A stretch of 64,000 bases of DNA from an uncultured virus (IMG/VR IMGVR_UViG_3300025877_000002) (Duplodnaviria > Heunggongvirae > Uroviricota > Caudoviricetes). Below are positions 17,762-27,332 of this stretch, piece after piece; position 1 is the stretch's first letter, and each line of letters starts with the position of its first letter. The stretch is from IMG/VR virus record IMGVR_UViG_3300025877_000002. One strand, given 5' to 3'. A program made the position numbers and the translations under genes. The notes beneath the pieces are model-generated. The model saw only the letters and a program-made list of their open reading frames with translations. It made no database searches and was not told where the DNA came from.

Positions 17762-18591
17762 TAGTATTTAGATTGGATTCGGAATGCGTTTACCTTGTTT
17801 TTCTTGAAGTAGATTAGGAATAGGGAATCAGGGGTCATGCCCAAGAAATCCATTAAGTTAAAGAATGCTAACCAAGCTTCCATAATCTCAACATGAAACC
17901 GAGTAGAGTCAGTTACCATGTGACTTTGTTTCCATGGCTTATTCTTTAGGAAGTTACGGGAAATATTTAAGTGATATACTACCTTCCACATCATAACTTC
18001 CATCTGCATGTGATAGTCCGGATCAATAACTCGGCCACCTCTTAGGAATTCATCCTTAACCTTATCATCGGGGATTACCTTAAATGAAGTTTCCCACAAT
18101 TTAGGAGTTAAGAACTTAAGAGCATTCACCTGCTTAGCAAAGGCCATAGCTGTTTTCAGTGGATCTTGCCCACCGTACCAAAACGCATCCTTCATTTTTG
18201 CCTTAGTCAGGAGTACATCATAGTAGCTAACCACATCATCATAATCTAGGTTTACATAGATCATAGTTTCCAACAAGAAGTGAAGTGAATCACTTAATTC
18301 CTCGTTAAAATTTTGCAAGTGAGATTCTATGCCGTCCAACTCATTCTTGTTCAACATCTCAATCATCATCAGGTGAGATTCCATAGCTTCTGCTAATTCC
18401 TCTACCACCCTTCCAATAAAATCCTTAATTAGTAATTGATCGGGCTTTGAATTCATAGAGATAGGATACATAGGTATCTTCTCTATTTTTACATAGTCAT
18501 TGATCAACTCCTTTTGAAGGTCGAACATTCTCTTCAACCCAGATCCATCCTCGATCATTGGGGGCCTTTCAGTAATATCTCTGATATCCAT
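17761..18591 (-). CDS. All-alpha (dimeric dUTPase / T4 gp56-like) dCTP/dUTP pyrophosphatase
   Basis: EELAEA, EELSDSLHF, KNKPWK, YFKKNKVNAFR motifs. Confidence 0.75.
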   Translation of the reverse strand: MDIRDITERPPMIEDGSGLKRMFDLQKELINDYVKIEKIPMYPISMNSKPDQLLIKDFIGRVVEELAEAMESHLMMIEMLNKNELDGIESHLQNFNEELSDSLHFLLETMIYVNLDYDDVVSYYDVLLTKAKMKDAFWYGGQDPLKTAMAFAKQVNALKFLTPKLWETSFKVIPDDKVKDEFLRGGRVIDPDYHMQMEVMMWKVVYHLNISRNFLKNKPWKQSHMVTDSTRFHVEIMEAWLAFFNLMDFLGMTPDSLFLIYFKKNKVNAFRIQSKY

Positions 18592-18593
18592 AG

Positions 18594-18986
18594 TTATTTT
18601 TGTTTATTTATTTCCTCGATTCTGTGTAAGGGTAATTCATATCGCTTACTTGCTCTTTTCAAAACCTTCTTTAACTCTAGGCCTTCTCCAAGTTTCTTAG
18701 CGATATATTTCTTTACTCTCTTTTCCTTTAGGTCAATTTCAGTATCCTCCATGTCCTTGAAGGATTGCTGCATTTCCAATTTCTGCCTCATTGCTAAACC
18801 CTTATGGGATAAAGCTATTGCACATAACTCAGAATCTCCACATGCTCGGCATTCCTCAGCTTTTAAGTCATGGTGTTTCCCAAAACATGGATCATCAGGA
18901 CCTCCGAACTTTGTAATGTCCAAGGGTTGAAGCATTTGTTCATCAGACAGGTTCTTCCTCTCTTTATTTCTCGACTTACGTTTCAT
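18594..18986 (-). CDS. Hypothetical protein with a Cys cluster
   Basis: DPCFG...ECRACGDSELC. Confidence 0.7.
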   Translation of the reverse strand: MKRKSRNKERKNLSDEQMLQPLDITKFGGPDDPCFGKHHDLKAEECRACGDSELCAIALSHKGLAMRQKLEMQQSFKDMEDTEIDLKEKRVKKYIAKKLGEGLELKKVLKRASKRYELPLHRIEEINKQK

Positions 18987-19002
18987 ATATTATAAATAGC
19001 AA

Positions 19003-20418
19003 TCATTTAACATAGGATTCAATTACTTTATGACCTTCTGATTTCATCATTCTGATACGGTGTTTTGAATGGCGCTTTAGATAGGAGCCTTGATCGTAGA
19101 AGTCGTAATAGTAGGTTTTTTTCTTTCCCTTGTGTGCTCTTTTACCTCTACCCAATAACTGAAGGGTGTTGATATCAGAATCTCCACCTCCCGCATTTAA
19201 AGCAGCCTTCATCAAAGGCATATTCTGACCGATCTTAATGATCATCGAAGAGATGAGTATATCTACCTGGCCATCCTTAAACTCCTGTAGTATATTCATT
19301 CTATTTTTGACCTTGTGATGGATATGCTTTACAACATAATCATTCTTGATAGCCTCTGGGATACAATTAAGCAGCTGGTTTATATGCTCATGGTTCTTAA
19401 TGATGATTAAGAAGGGTAATCTTTCCTTCCTAGCACATATAGCTACCCTCTTCCAAACTCTTTTATTCCTTTCCTTATTTTTAACTATCCCCTTCTCATA
19501 CTCTAGCTGGTAATCCCCGGGGTAATCATGTTTGGTGTTTCCCTGAAGTATCCTGCAAGTAAGGGGTGCTGAATATCCTTTCTCTTCTAGTTCCTTGGAA
19601 GTGATTGTGTGTACTACTTCTCCTAAGAATTCCTCTACTGCTTTATTCTTAACCTTATCCTTGTGGTTTAGCGGAGAACCCGACATACCCACCCGGACTA
19701 AGGTATTGAATAATTTGAATAATACAGTTGAATAGGATTTAGAGGTTACCAAGTGGCACTCATCTACTATGACAGTCCTGAATTGGGCTAGTTTATTAAT
19801 AAATTGGCCTTTCTTAATCTTGGAGACTAAGGTAGGAACCATGGCCATAGTAAAATTGCCCCAATGGATTTCATTGCCTTGTATGTATCCAAAGTCATCT
19901 CCCAATAATTCGGGAAGCTCCTTTTTAAATTGATCGAAGAGAGTACTGTTATTTAACAGTAGGATCGTGGGCTGCTTATTGAAAGCATAGAATAAACCTG
20001 CGGCAATATAAGTCTTACCCGCATTAGTAGAAGCCTTTAGTATCCCCCTTGGGAAATATAGGTTATCCACATAGTTATCGGTTATTGCTTTAACTGCTGC
20101 CTCTTGATTAGGCCTTAGTTTAAAATTCTTTAATTTGCTTACATCCTTTACCTTTACCAAGTTTGAGTTATCGGTATCGAATGTAATAGGCTTATCCGGG
20201 AATTCTTTCTTATAGAACTTTACCACCTCGGGTAATAGCCCAGTTTTAAAGTAACCGGCTTCGGTTATGAAGTGTTTCTTACCATCCCAATCTCCATGCC
20301 TGAATGCGAGTGAAAAGAATGCTCCCGGTACTCGGATAGAGAAAGCCTTATCCAGCTTAATCATTTCCTTCGGGCCTACATTTAGCTTACATTTATTATT
20401 GTTTACCTCTAACCGCAT
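19003..20418 (-). CDS. Superfamily 2 (UvsW-like) helicase
   Basis: LRPNQ, TNAGKT, DECH, SGS, QLLGRGKR motifs. Confidence 0.9.
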   Translation of the reverse strand: MRLEVNNNKCKLNVGPKEMIKLDKAFSIRVPGAFFSLAFRHGDWDGKKHFITEAGYFKTGLLPEVVKFYKKEFPDKPITFDTDNSNLVKVKDVSKLKNFKLRPNQEAAVKAITDNYVDNLYFPRGILKASTNAGKTYIAAGLFYAFNKQPTILLLNNSTLFDQFKKELPELLGDDFGYIQGNEIHWGNFTMAMVPTLVSKIKKGQFINKLAQFRTVIVDECHLVTSKSYSTVLFKLFNTLVRVGMSGSPLNHKDKVKNKAVEEFLGEVVHTITSKELEEKGYSAPLTCRILQGNTKHDYPGDYQLEYEKGIVKNKERNKRVWKRVAICARKERLPFLIIIKNHEHINQLLNCIPEAIKNDYVVKHIHHKVKNRMNILQEFKDGQVDILISSMIIKIGQNMPLMKAALNAGGGDSDINTLQLLGRGKRAHKGKKKTYYYDFYDQGSYLKRHSKHRIRMMKSEGHKVIESYVK

Positions 20419-21256
20419 TTTTTTCTAGGATTTTACTTAGGTCAAGCTTGGGAGCAAACTTAAACTTGAGATCGTTCTTATACATATACTTTGCCAATCG
20501 TTCTTGGGCTTTATCCCCAACCATTTGAGTTAACTCGGGTACTGCTGAAGCCCAGTTGAAGGCATCGAATTGGGCATCGATATAATGCTTAATGGTTACT
20601 CCCGAATTTTTACAGAATTGGGCTATGTCCATAAAGTATTGATACTTCTCGGGCATCTTTTCATACTCGGGGGCTTCCCCGGTTTTCTTTAGGATGATCG
20701 AAGTGTAGTATGAACAAGCTTCCTGTGTGGCTTTGGAGTTAGGATCCTTAGTTATCTTATCCCTAGCCTCGTATTGAGCACAGATTACTTCGTGTAGGGA
20801 TGGAAATCTTTGTAAGGAAAACATTTTAAGCCTTATAAGGGCTATTTGTATGTAAATTTTAAATCCTTCATCCTTGGAAAGGTTAAAATCGATTATAAAG
20901 GCTAAGGCTAGCTCGGTTATCTGTTTTATTAGCAACCAATCTCGGCTATCTTCCTTAATTTGCACTACCCCACGATGATGGGCCTGTCTTCTAACCCATA
21001 AAAGAGTCTTGGAAAATAACCTTGCATCTTCTAACGTTGATTGAACAAGTTTAGAGGCTACCTTACGGTTTTTCTGGGTAGTTGCTAGTATACCACGAGT
21101 TGTAAGACTGTGTATTCTTGCTCGTTTAAATACTTCATTCACTAGAATATCTATTTCACCTGCCCTATATCTCGGTTGTAGCTCATCCTGGAGTATCTCC
21201 CTGAACTTAGCCCGAGTTATATGAATCGATGGTTCTCTATGCGGTTGCTTGCTCAT
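20396..21256 (-). CDS. Hypothetical replication-cluster protein
   Basis: 286-aa ORF between primase and helicase. Confidence 0.7.
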   Translation of the reverse strand: MSKQPHREPSIHITRAKFREILQDELQPRYRAGEIDILVNEVFKRARIHSLTTRGILATTQKNRKVASKLVQSTLEDARLFSKTLLWVRRQAHHRGVVQIKEDSRDWLLIKQITELALAFIIDFNLSKDEGFKIYIQIALIRLKMFSLQRFPSLHEVICAQYEARDKITKDPNSKATQEACSYYTSIILKKTGEAPEYEKMPEKYQYFMDIAQFCKNSGVTIKHYIDAQFDAFNWASAVPELTQMVGDKAQERLAKYMYKNDLKFKFAPKLDLSKILEKNAVRGKQ

Positions 21257-22214
21257 AATTTACCCGATCCTTTTCAAATAGGTATAACTTATATAACTCC
21301 TGATAGCTCTGGGGCTTAGCTGCCTTGATTAACAGCTTTGTTTCTTTCCTGCCCAGATCATTTACATCCTGATCCTTCGGCATCTTAATTAACCTTACTA
21401 CCTTCTCCAGGGAGAATTCCATGGCTATCTTAATTGATTCGAGATAGGCATCTGAATCTAGGATGATATCTATTTCCTCAATTGGGGATCGGAGTATAGT
21501 GGATCGTTGGTGAGCAGAAGGGATCTTACCCAGAATTGCAAAAGCCCTGTCTCCCAATGTTAGAGCATTAATATAAGACTCCACCATTTGCACCCGTTTA
21601 TAATAATCCAAGCAATCCTGATTGTAAATGATCTGGGACTTACCGATACCAAATTCCTCAACCTCGGGGTTAGTAAACTTGGCAGTAGCTGCTGTAAACT
21701 TACGTCCGATGAAATAGATGAGTTCGCCCTTCAGAAAGAAAGGGAGTATAATACACCCCGCATACTTTCCTTGCATGGTATATCCTACTCCCTTCATAGC
21801 TAGATCATTTATTTTAAATCCCCGGCCTTTCATATAGTTACGGGCTAATGTTGCAATATGTCCTTCTCCCCTATTTATTAATCTAAACCCTTCAGGGAGG
21901 TTTACTTGTTTCTTTTCGAGTTTTATTACCTTGGTTTGAAAGGTATCAACTTCCTTTAAACCATGGATGAACTTATATAATTCCTTGTGTGTTTCGAATC
22001 CCTCCAATTTAACGATCAAATCTAAGGGCTTCATTTTTTCATTGCATACAAAGCAATTGGTTTGATCTCTTCCGATGTTAACCCCGAATTTATCTTCTTT
22101 ACCGCATTCCGGGCAATCTCCTTTAAGCCAGCCATTCTTATACTCATACATTCCGAGTCTCTTCTTAAAATAGGCTACTAATTTACTTGCTACGTTATCC
22201 TCAAAGGTCACCAT
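21237..22214 (-). CDS. DNA primase (Zn finger + TOPRIM)
   Basis: CPECG...CFVC zinc finger, VES, LDSDA, DVNDLG. Confidence 0.88.
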   Translation of the reverse strand: MVTFEDNVASKLVAYFKKRLGMYEYKNGWLKGDCPECGKEDKFGVNIGRDQTNCFVCNEKMKPLDLIVKLEGFETHKELYKFIHGLKEVDTFQTKVIKLEKKQVNLPEGFRLINRGEGHIATLARNYMKGRGFKINDLAMKGVGYTMQGKYAGCIILPFFLKGELIYFIGRKFTAATAKFTNPEVEEFGIGKSQIIYNQDCLDYYKRVQMVESYINALTLGDRAFAILGKIPSAHQRSTILRSPIEEIDIILDSDAYLESIKIAMEFSLEKVVRLIKMPKDQDVNDLGRKETKLLIKAAKPQSYQELYKLYLFEKDRVNYEQATA

Positions 22215-23598
22215 GTTGTTTTTCTCCTTTTTTACTTTCCTTTATCATCTCATTATAATTCAATATCTCCTTAGCAGTGAATTCGTCCATCCTTTGAGAT
22301 TTCATATCCAATACAAATAAACATCTTCCCTCTTGTGGGCCATTTCTTTGTTCTACCATTTCTACTCTTACTATCCCAGCAGCTTTCTCTTCCTCATTTT
22401 GATTAAGGCCTACCATCATATCAATGTGACGGGCTATATCAATACACTTAGCAGTATCGGTAGATTCCCACTTAGTAAATTCTCTGTTTTTCTTAATAGC
22501 TTCCCGAGTCGTGTGGTTAGCAGTCCATAGAGATTCAAATTGATTTCGGTCTGCAAAATTTGCTAGATCGACATATACATCAGAGATCCTTTCTGTATCA
22601 TCCTTCTTACCTGAAAGAGAGGCCATCTTACCAGCATAGTCAACTATACATTCATCGAACTTAATACCGTATTCTGAATACTGTTCATCGATAAATTGTT
22701 GAAGGTCATCGGTTGTAGTGGAGAGTGCTGGGAACCTTTTGATTACTACCTCAGCTCCTAACCTTTTATACTTCCGAAGTAATTTATTAATCTTAGCATC
22801 ATATTCCCCGGATTGTATTTCCGACTTACTCTTTTTCATTAGAGATTGGTGCATTCTTAAGGTTAATGCTTTCTGCCCATTCTCGAAGTCAAAGTAGACC
22901 ACCCGTTTTTTCATCCTCAGGTATATACGGGCAGCATTAATAAGTAGAGCAGTTTTAAATCTCTTCTCCCGACCTATTACAACAATCACGTTACCCATGT
23001 AGGTACCGCCTGAATCTGTACAGGCATCGAGTTGTGAGAAAGGGGTTGGGTAAGCGGGTTCCCGATTATTACGATCGGCAGTTATGGCTACACTGTCTGC
23101 AACTAAGTGGACCCCTTTTTCTTTCTTCAGGTCCCTACCTATTGTAGTAGCCTTTTGGATTTTCCGATGGATGGTATCATATTGAGCAAAGTCGGTGATA
23201 TCCACATTCTCAAGTATATCCTTTAATTCGACATACCTAGAGAACTTCATACATTCCTCAAGCAAGGTTTCCCCGTCCTTAGCTGGTGCACTATAGAGAT
23301 TAGTTACGATCTCCTTTATTTTCTTTTTATCCTCAGGCAATAGCCCATTGATATAATCCTTGTGATTGTATAGGTTACGTAATTCCTCCAGCAAAACGGT
23401 TTTAGAAGCTATCCGTTTCTTACGTTTGTAATAGGTTTTTAAAGCCTTTGCAATGATAGCGTGTTCGATAAGAGTGAAGTAACTATCCCGATACAGGAGC
23501 AGAGCTTTATATCCCTCCTTGTTATCTGTTACAGTAAACCTTAGCAACTCTTCTTGAAACTCGGTGCCAAAAGCGAATTTCTCTGTTTTCTTTGACAT
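22201..23598 (-). CDS. Replicative DnaB/gp41-like helicase
   Basis: Variant Walker A GREKRFKT, YFDFE, IVDY, WTANH, QRNG; adjacent to primase. Confidence 0.85.
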   Translation of the reverse strand: MSKKTEKFAFGTEFQEELLRFTVTDNKEGYKALLLYRDSYFTLIEHAIIAKALKTYYKRKKRIASKTVLLEELRNLYNHKDYINGLLPEDKKKIKEIVTNLYSAPAKDGETLLEECMKFSRYVELKDILENVDITDFAQYDTIHRKIQKATTIGRDLKKEKGVHLVADSVAITADRNNREPAYPTPFSQLDACTDSGGTYMGNVIVVIGREKRFKTALLINAARIYLRMKKRVVYFDFENGQKALTLRMHQSLMKKSKSEIQSGEYDAKINKLLRKYKRLGAEVVIKRFPALSTTTDDLQQFIDEQYSEYGIKFDECIVDYAGKMASLSGKKDDTERISDVYVDLANFADRNQFESLWTANHTTREAIKKNREFTKWESTDTAKCIDIARHIDMMVGLNQNEEEKAAGIVRVEMVEQRNGPQEGRCLFVLDMKSQRMDEFTAKEILNYNEMIKESKKGEKQHGDL

Positions 23599-23716
23599 AT
23601 AGATTACTAAGTTATCTCCTTGTATATTAATTCAATAGATTACCTTATAAACAGCTGTTAATCCCCCTGTTAATAAGTTTTTTTATCGGATAATTAATAT
23701 ATGAATCCCATTGTAT

Positions 23717-23724
23717 TATATTTG
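23717..23724 (+). promoter_or_regulatory. Bacteroidota -7 promoter element (TATATTTG) for the sigma-like gene
   Basis: TAnnTTTG about 25 nt upstream of ATG 23750. Confidence 0.7.
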
Positions 23725-23749
23725 CATTAATAATAAAAACATAAACCCA

Positions 23750-24427
23750 ATGGAAGATCACAGATTAAAACCGATGCCGGTTAATTATAACAGGCAGTTA
23801 TTCGAGCAAATTTACCATGAAACAAAAGCTCTCCGAGCAAAACTAGTCTACGGGATTGATAGTCGTAGATTCGGGGTTGATGCTGAGGAGATATCATCTT
23901 GGTTCGATGTTAAATTCATTTATGTATTCAGTAAATATTACGATCAATTCATTGACCAACCGGGTGTTCTTAAGGGACATATCATTAATGCTTTGCAATT
24001 ATTTAGATATCGGGTTTTGAAGGAAGCTTATATGGATAAGAATAAGCAATATCTTAATAAAATAGAAATTGGGGAAATAGAATACTTTGAAAACCTGATA
24101 TCTACCGAAGAGGACGATGAGGTTAACCAATCTCACAATGAACTTATCCAACGGGTTACTTCCTTTTTACGATCTAAACTTAGTGATGATGCTTATTTTA
24201 TATTGGAGTTGCAATTAAACCCCCCACCCTTCATTCTGCACAGACTAGAAAGCCTAAATAACCGCCGTATTGGGAATATCCCAAATGAACTATTGGCTGA
24301 TTATTTAGGCTTACTTCCCGAAGATAAGAAAGTGATTTCCTATATCGGTGACCTTAAGAGAGAAGTTAAGAGTGCTTTAGATATTGCAAGAACCTATTTT
24401 AATAACCCTGAATTTCAGGTTAGCTAA
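23750..24427 (+). CDS. Putative phage RNA polymerase sigma factor
   Basis: Region-2-like DAEEISSWF...KY...LKGHIINALQ and region-4-like LRSKLSDDAYFILEL; the only + strand gene between the replication and structural blocks; start moved to ATG 23750. Confidence 0.55.
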   Translation: MEDHRLKPMPVNYNRQLFEQIYHETKALRAKLVYGIDSRRFGVDAEEISSWFDVKFIYVFSKYYDQFIDQPGVLKGHIINALQLFRYRVLKEAYMDKNKQYLNKIEIGEIEYFENLISTEEDDEVNQSHNELIQRVTSFLRSKLSDDAYFILELQLNPPPFILHRLESLNNRRIGNIPNELLADYLGLLPEDKKVISYIGDLKREVKSALDIARTYFNNPEFQVS

Positions 24428-25901
24428 TTCTTTTAATCCAAGCGGCAGCAAGATACGGAGGAAGGTTATTGTGAGCAGTACCTGATCCCGTATCTGCTGT
24501 GTCTGTTCCTGGACCGGCACTACCCGTATTCGTAGTTGCTGGTAAACTTCCCGATCCCATACCCGTTGCCCCGTTGTTTGTATTAACGATATGATGATGG
24601 ACTGGTAATTCTGGAGTGGTTAACACATGATGTGGTTCTCCTCCCACTCCCCCCATCGCTAAGTTTGGCGGGTTGGTTCCTCCATACGGTGCAGTAGGAT
24701 CTACTTCAGCTGCAAGAGCGGGAGCTCCAGTATCCGGTACATCATAAGCACCCATGATTGTTCGGCCCCTCATATCGGGAGTTCCGTTTAACCCGTTACA
24801 TATAGCCCAACCCGCATAAGTTCCCGTTCCTAAACCCGTTAGATTGAAGCTAGTGAAAGCACCGTCATAAGGAAGTATAACTCCTATCGGTGGAGATTTT
24901 ACAGCAGCTACCGCAGTTTGTAGGGTTAATAATATCCCGTTTGTGAATAGTAGAGCATCTGCCAATACATCTGTGTATTCAGTTACATACCATATACCCC
25001 CGATTTGGGTAAGAGTGACCGACATACTTTCCTTAATTACCATGGTAGCTCCACCCGCAAGTAATAACCATTCAGGGCAACGAATTCCCAAATCAGACCC
25101 AGCAGTTGCTGTGGATAGGTTAAGGCTTAAGGTATTACCTGTTCCTCCTGTGGTATAGATTTTGATTTCTGTACCGTCCCCGATTGATTTGATTTTTGTT
25201 ATGGTATTAGAAGCAGCTCCCGGCCATAGGAAAGTGTTTCCATCTTCGGTAGGTGTCCATACCCCAGAAGCAACACTCCCGAATGCAGATGCTTGATCAA
25301 ATGAATTCAAGCAATCAAAACGGTTCTTAAATGCTAAACGGGCATATCTAGTATCTAATTCCGGATGATTAATTATTAAATCTGCATTTCCAAGCATTGG
25401 AATACTAGCGGCTTCCCAAGTTGCTGCCGATAAATCAGAGGCATTAGCTGGGATGTGCAAATATCCCAAGATGACCTGAGTTAAGGGATCAGATACTACA
25501 GGATAAACCGGTCCCCCAGTTGCACCCTCTTCTACTCCGTAGATTGCAGCCTGACCTCCTGCTGAGGCTAACCATTCCTGTTCTCCATATACTGCATCTA
25601 TCCTTTCGAAGGCATTAGCAGCGTTTGTGGAGAAGGCTATGGAAGCTAAGGCTGTTGTCTCATGGATGATCATACCATTGGGAGCAACCCAAACCCCAGT
25701 AGGGCCTGTACTTGTGGTGTTATCAGCATTCGTTTGAGTGATACCTGTTGTGGTATGACCTATTACTCCGCCTAAGCCTACGTATGAGGCTAAGCCATCA
25801 AATCCCCGATATCTACCGGGTTGGAGTAAACCTAATAGCCTTCTATTCTCTTGGAATGAATCTACTGGGCGTTGATAATTGTGGAATCTTACTTGAGACA
25901 T
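24420..25901 (-). CDS. Tail fibre / baseplate protein with a C-terminal collar-like domain
   Basis: PPIGVILPY...GWAICNGLNGTPDMRGR...AHNNLPPY collar signature. Confidence 0.8.
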   Translation of the reverse strand: MSQVRFHNYQRPVDSFQENRRLLGLLQPGRYRGFDGLASYVGLGGVIGHTTTGITQTNADNTTSTGPTGVWVAPNGMIIHETTALASIAFSTNAANAFERIDAVYGEQEWLASAGGQAAIYGVEEGATGGPVYPVVSDPLTQVILGYLHIPANASDLSAATWEAASIPMLGNADLIINHPELDTRYARLAFKNRFDCLNSFDQASAFGSVASGVWTPTEDGNTFLWPGAASNTITKIKSIGDGTEIKIYTTGGTGNTLSLNLSTATAGSDLGIRCPEWLLLAGGATMVIKESMSVTLTQIGGIWYVTEYTDVLADALLFTNGILLTLQTAVAAVKSPPIGVILPYDGAFTSFNLTGLGTGTYAGWAICNGLNGTPDMRGRTIMGAYDVPDTGAPALAAEVDPTAPYGGTNPPNLAMGGVGGEPHHVLTTPELPVHHHIVNTNNGATGMGSGSLPATTNTGSAGPGTDTADTGSGTAHNNLPPYLAAAWIKRIS

Positions 25902-25907
25902 GTTAGG

Positions 25908-26306
25908 TTAGGCTATTTGGATTGTCCAGGTGATAATTAATCGCATTGTGTTATCTTTTAAAATTGAGAGGCCGGTGATGTCTGAAAATTGGCCATCTGC
26001 AGAGGATTCTAATGAGGCTTCGTCTAAAGTATCATTAAAGGAAGTTTCATCAAATGTGGCTATAAACTGTGCTGTATCGGCAGCTGCTAGTGTATAGGTT
26101 ACTCCTACACTTGCTAATACTACTGATGCTTTAAGTAAAGTAACTTGATCTATCAGGGATTGACCCATGATAGCCTTAGCCATGATGGTTAGAGCATTCG
26201 CTACTACGAGGTTTTCTTTCCTCTCTTCGATTAGGCCATTGGGACCTATGAGTTGGTATGTTATCCAACCCCTAGTCCCTTTACCCATTCTTTCTTTTAA
26301 TCTCAT
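25908..26306 (-). CDS. Baseplate / tail-fibre attachment protein
   Basis: ENLVV...EASL...ILKDNTMRLIITWTI pattern; tail context. Confidence 0.6.
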   Translation of the reverse strand: MRLKERMGKGTRGWITYQLIGPNGLIEERKENLVVANALTIMAKAIMGQSLIDQVTLLKASVVLASVGVTYTLAAADTAQFIATFDETSFNDTLDEASLESSADGQFSDITGLSILKDNTMRLIITWTIQIA

Positions 26307-26309
26307 TAC

Positions 26310-27098
26310 TTATGCTGTTAGAGGCTTAGATACCTTACTGTGAGAAGTTACGAATACATATAACTGATTTACGATCAAGTACTGTTTCATATCCAAAGTT
26401 GCATTAGCATCCCACTTAGCCTTGTAATCAGCCTTTACTTGATCCCAAGTATGGGTCTTCATGTAATCCTGTCCGAATCCGGGTTCAGTTGAGATCATTG
26501 GAATGATAGGGAATACCTTTCCAATTTTCTTAGCTGCAGCCGCATACTCAGTATAACGAGCTTTCATATATTCCCAGTAATCCTTGGGTGTGGCCATTTG
26601 AGCTGAGGTACGGTAATAAGTCATTACCATGAAATCAGCAGCTGCAACGATCGCTTCGTAGGATTTACTCCATCCCTGATATACTCCCAAGAGCATACCG
26701 TTAGCCTTAAGTTTAGCTGATGATTGTAGGAGAAGGTTCTTGTAATAAACTGGATCTCCACCACCGTTTGAAGTTGTGTAATCTTCATATTCTGTTACAC
26801 AAGCAACCAACTTCTTACGGGAATCGGTTTGCTTGTTATTATAAGATAGCGAAGCATCTACTTCACTCATGGCCGTGAACGCTACCGCTAATCTTATTTT
26901 GTTAAGGTAGCACTCCAAAGCAAAAGCGGCAAAGGCTGTTTTACTTAAAGGAGATGTACCATAGATCGTTACCAAGTTCCAACCGTCCTTATCAATTTTG
27001 TTTTGAATCAGCCAATCTAATTCGGCCTTAAGGTTGGTAGCACTTGTGATCACTAACTTAAGGGTGTTAGTGTAATGACCCGCTATAGAGTTTATCAT
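26310..27098 (-). CDS. Glycoside-hydrolase-like (TIM-barrel) protein, paralogue of the N-terminal domain of 36902..39736
   Basis: Alternating beta/alpha pattern, VTEYEDY, PIIPMISTE; colinear with the N-terminus of the 944-aa protein. Confidence 0.5.
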   Translation of the reverse strand: MINSIAGHYTNTLKLVITSATNLKAELDWLIQNKIDKDGWNLVTIYGTSPLSKTAFAAFALECYLNKIRLAVAFTAMSEVDASLSYNNKQTDSRKKLVACVTEYEDYTTSNGGGDPVYYKNLLLQSSAKLKANGMLLGVYQGWSKSYEAIVAAADFMVMTYYRTSAQMATPKDYWEYMKARYTEYAAAAKKIGKVFPIIPMISTEPGFGQDYMKTHTWDQVKADYKAKWDANATLDMKQYLIVNQLYVFVTSHSKVSKPLTA

Positions 27099-27301
27099 GA
27101 TGTCTTTGGTTTTTTATAAGGAATGATTTCGGCTTCAGCCGCATTCTTTTTCCAAGCCTTAGCTCCTCTAAGAGCAGCACTCGGAGTAGGGTATAATTGA
27201 CCATCCCCCTGATTTGTGTAGTTTCCTGCAATGAGGTGAAAGAAATAATCTTGGCCATTCTCGGATTGTAGGATTTCGATAATGGGTTTTCTACGTGCCA
27301 T
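27095..27301 (-). CDS. DUF1508/YegP-like protein
   Basis: EILQSENGQDYFFHLIAGN...GQLYPTPSAALRGAKAWKKNA matches the YegP repeat pattern. Confidence 0.7.
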   Translation of the reverse strand: MARRKPIIEILQSENGQDYFFHLIAGNYTNQGDGQLYPTPSAALRGAKAWKKNAAEAEIIPYKKPKTS

Positions 27302-27332
27302 TTTGTTTTATTTTTAATAGTGAACGTAAAAG

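Noticed and set aside
18991..18998. TATAAATA as a T4-type late promoter
   Set aside because: It is on the non-coding strand relative to the downstream genes; the consistently oriented motif is CTATTTA.
23711..23749. TTG start for the sigma-like gene
   Set aside because: This stretch contains the TATATTTG promoter itself; ATG 23750 has an A-rich leader.
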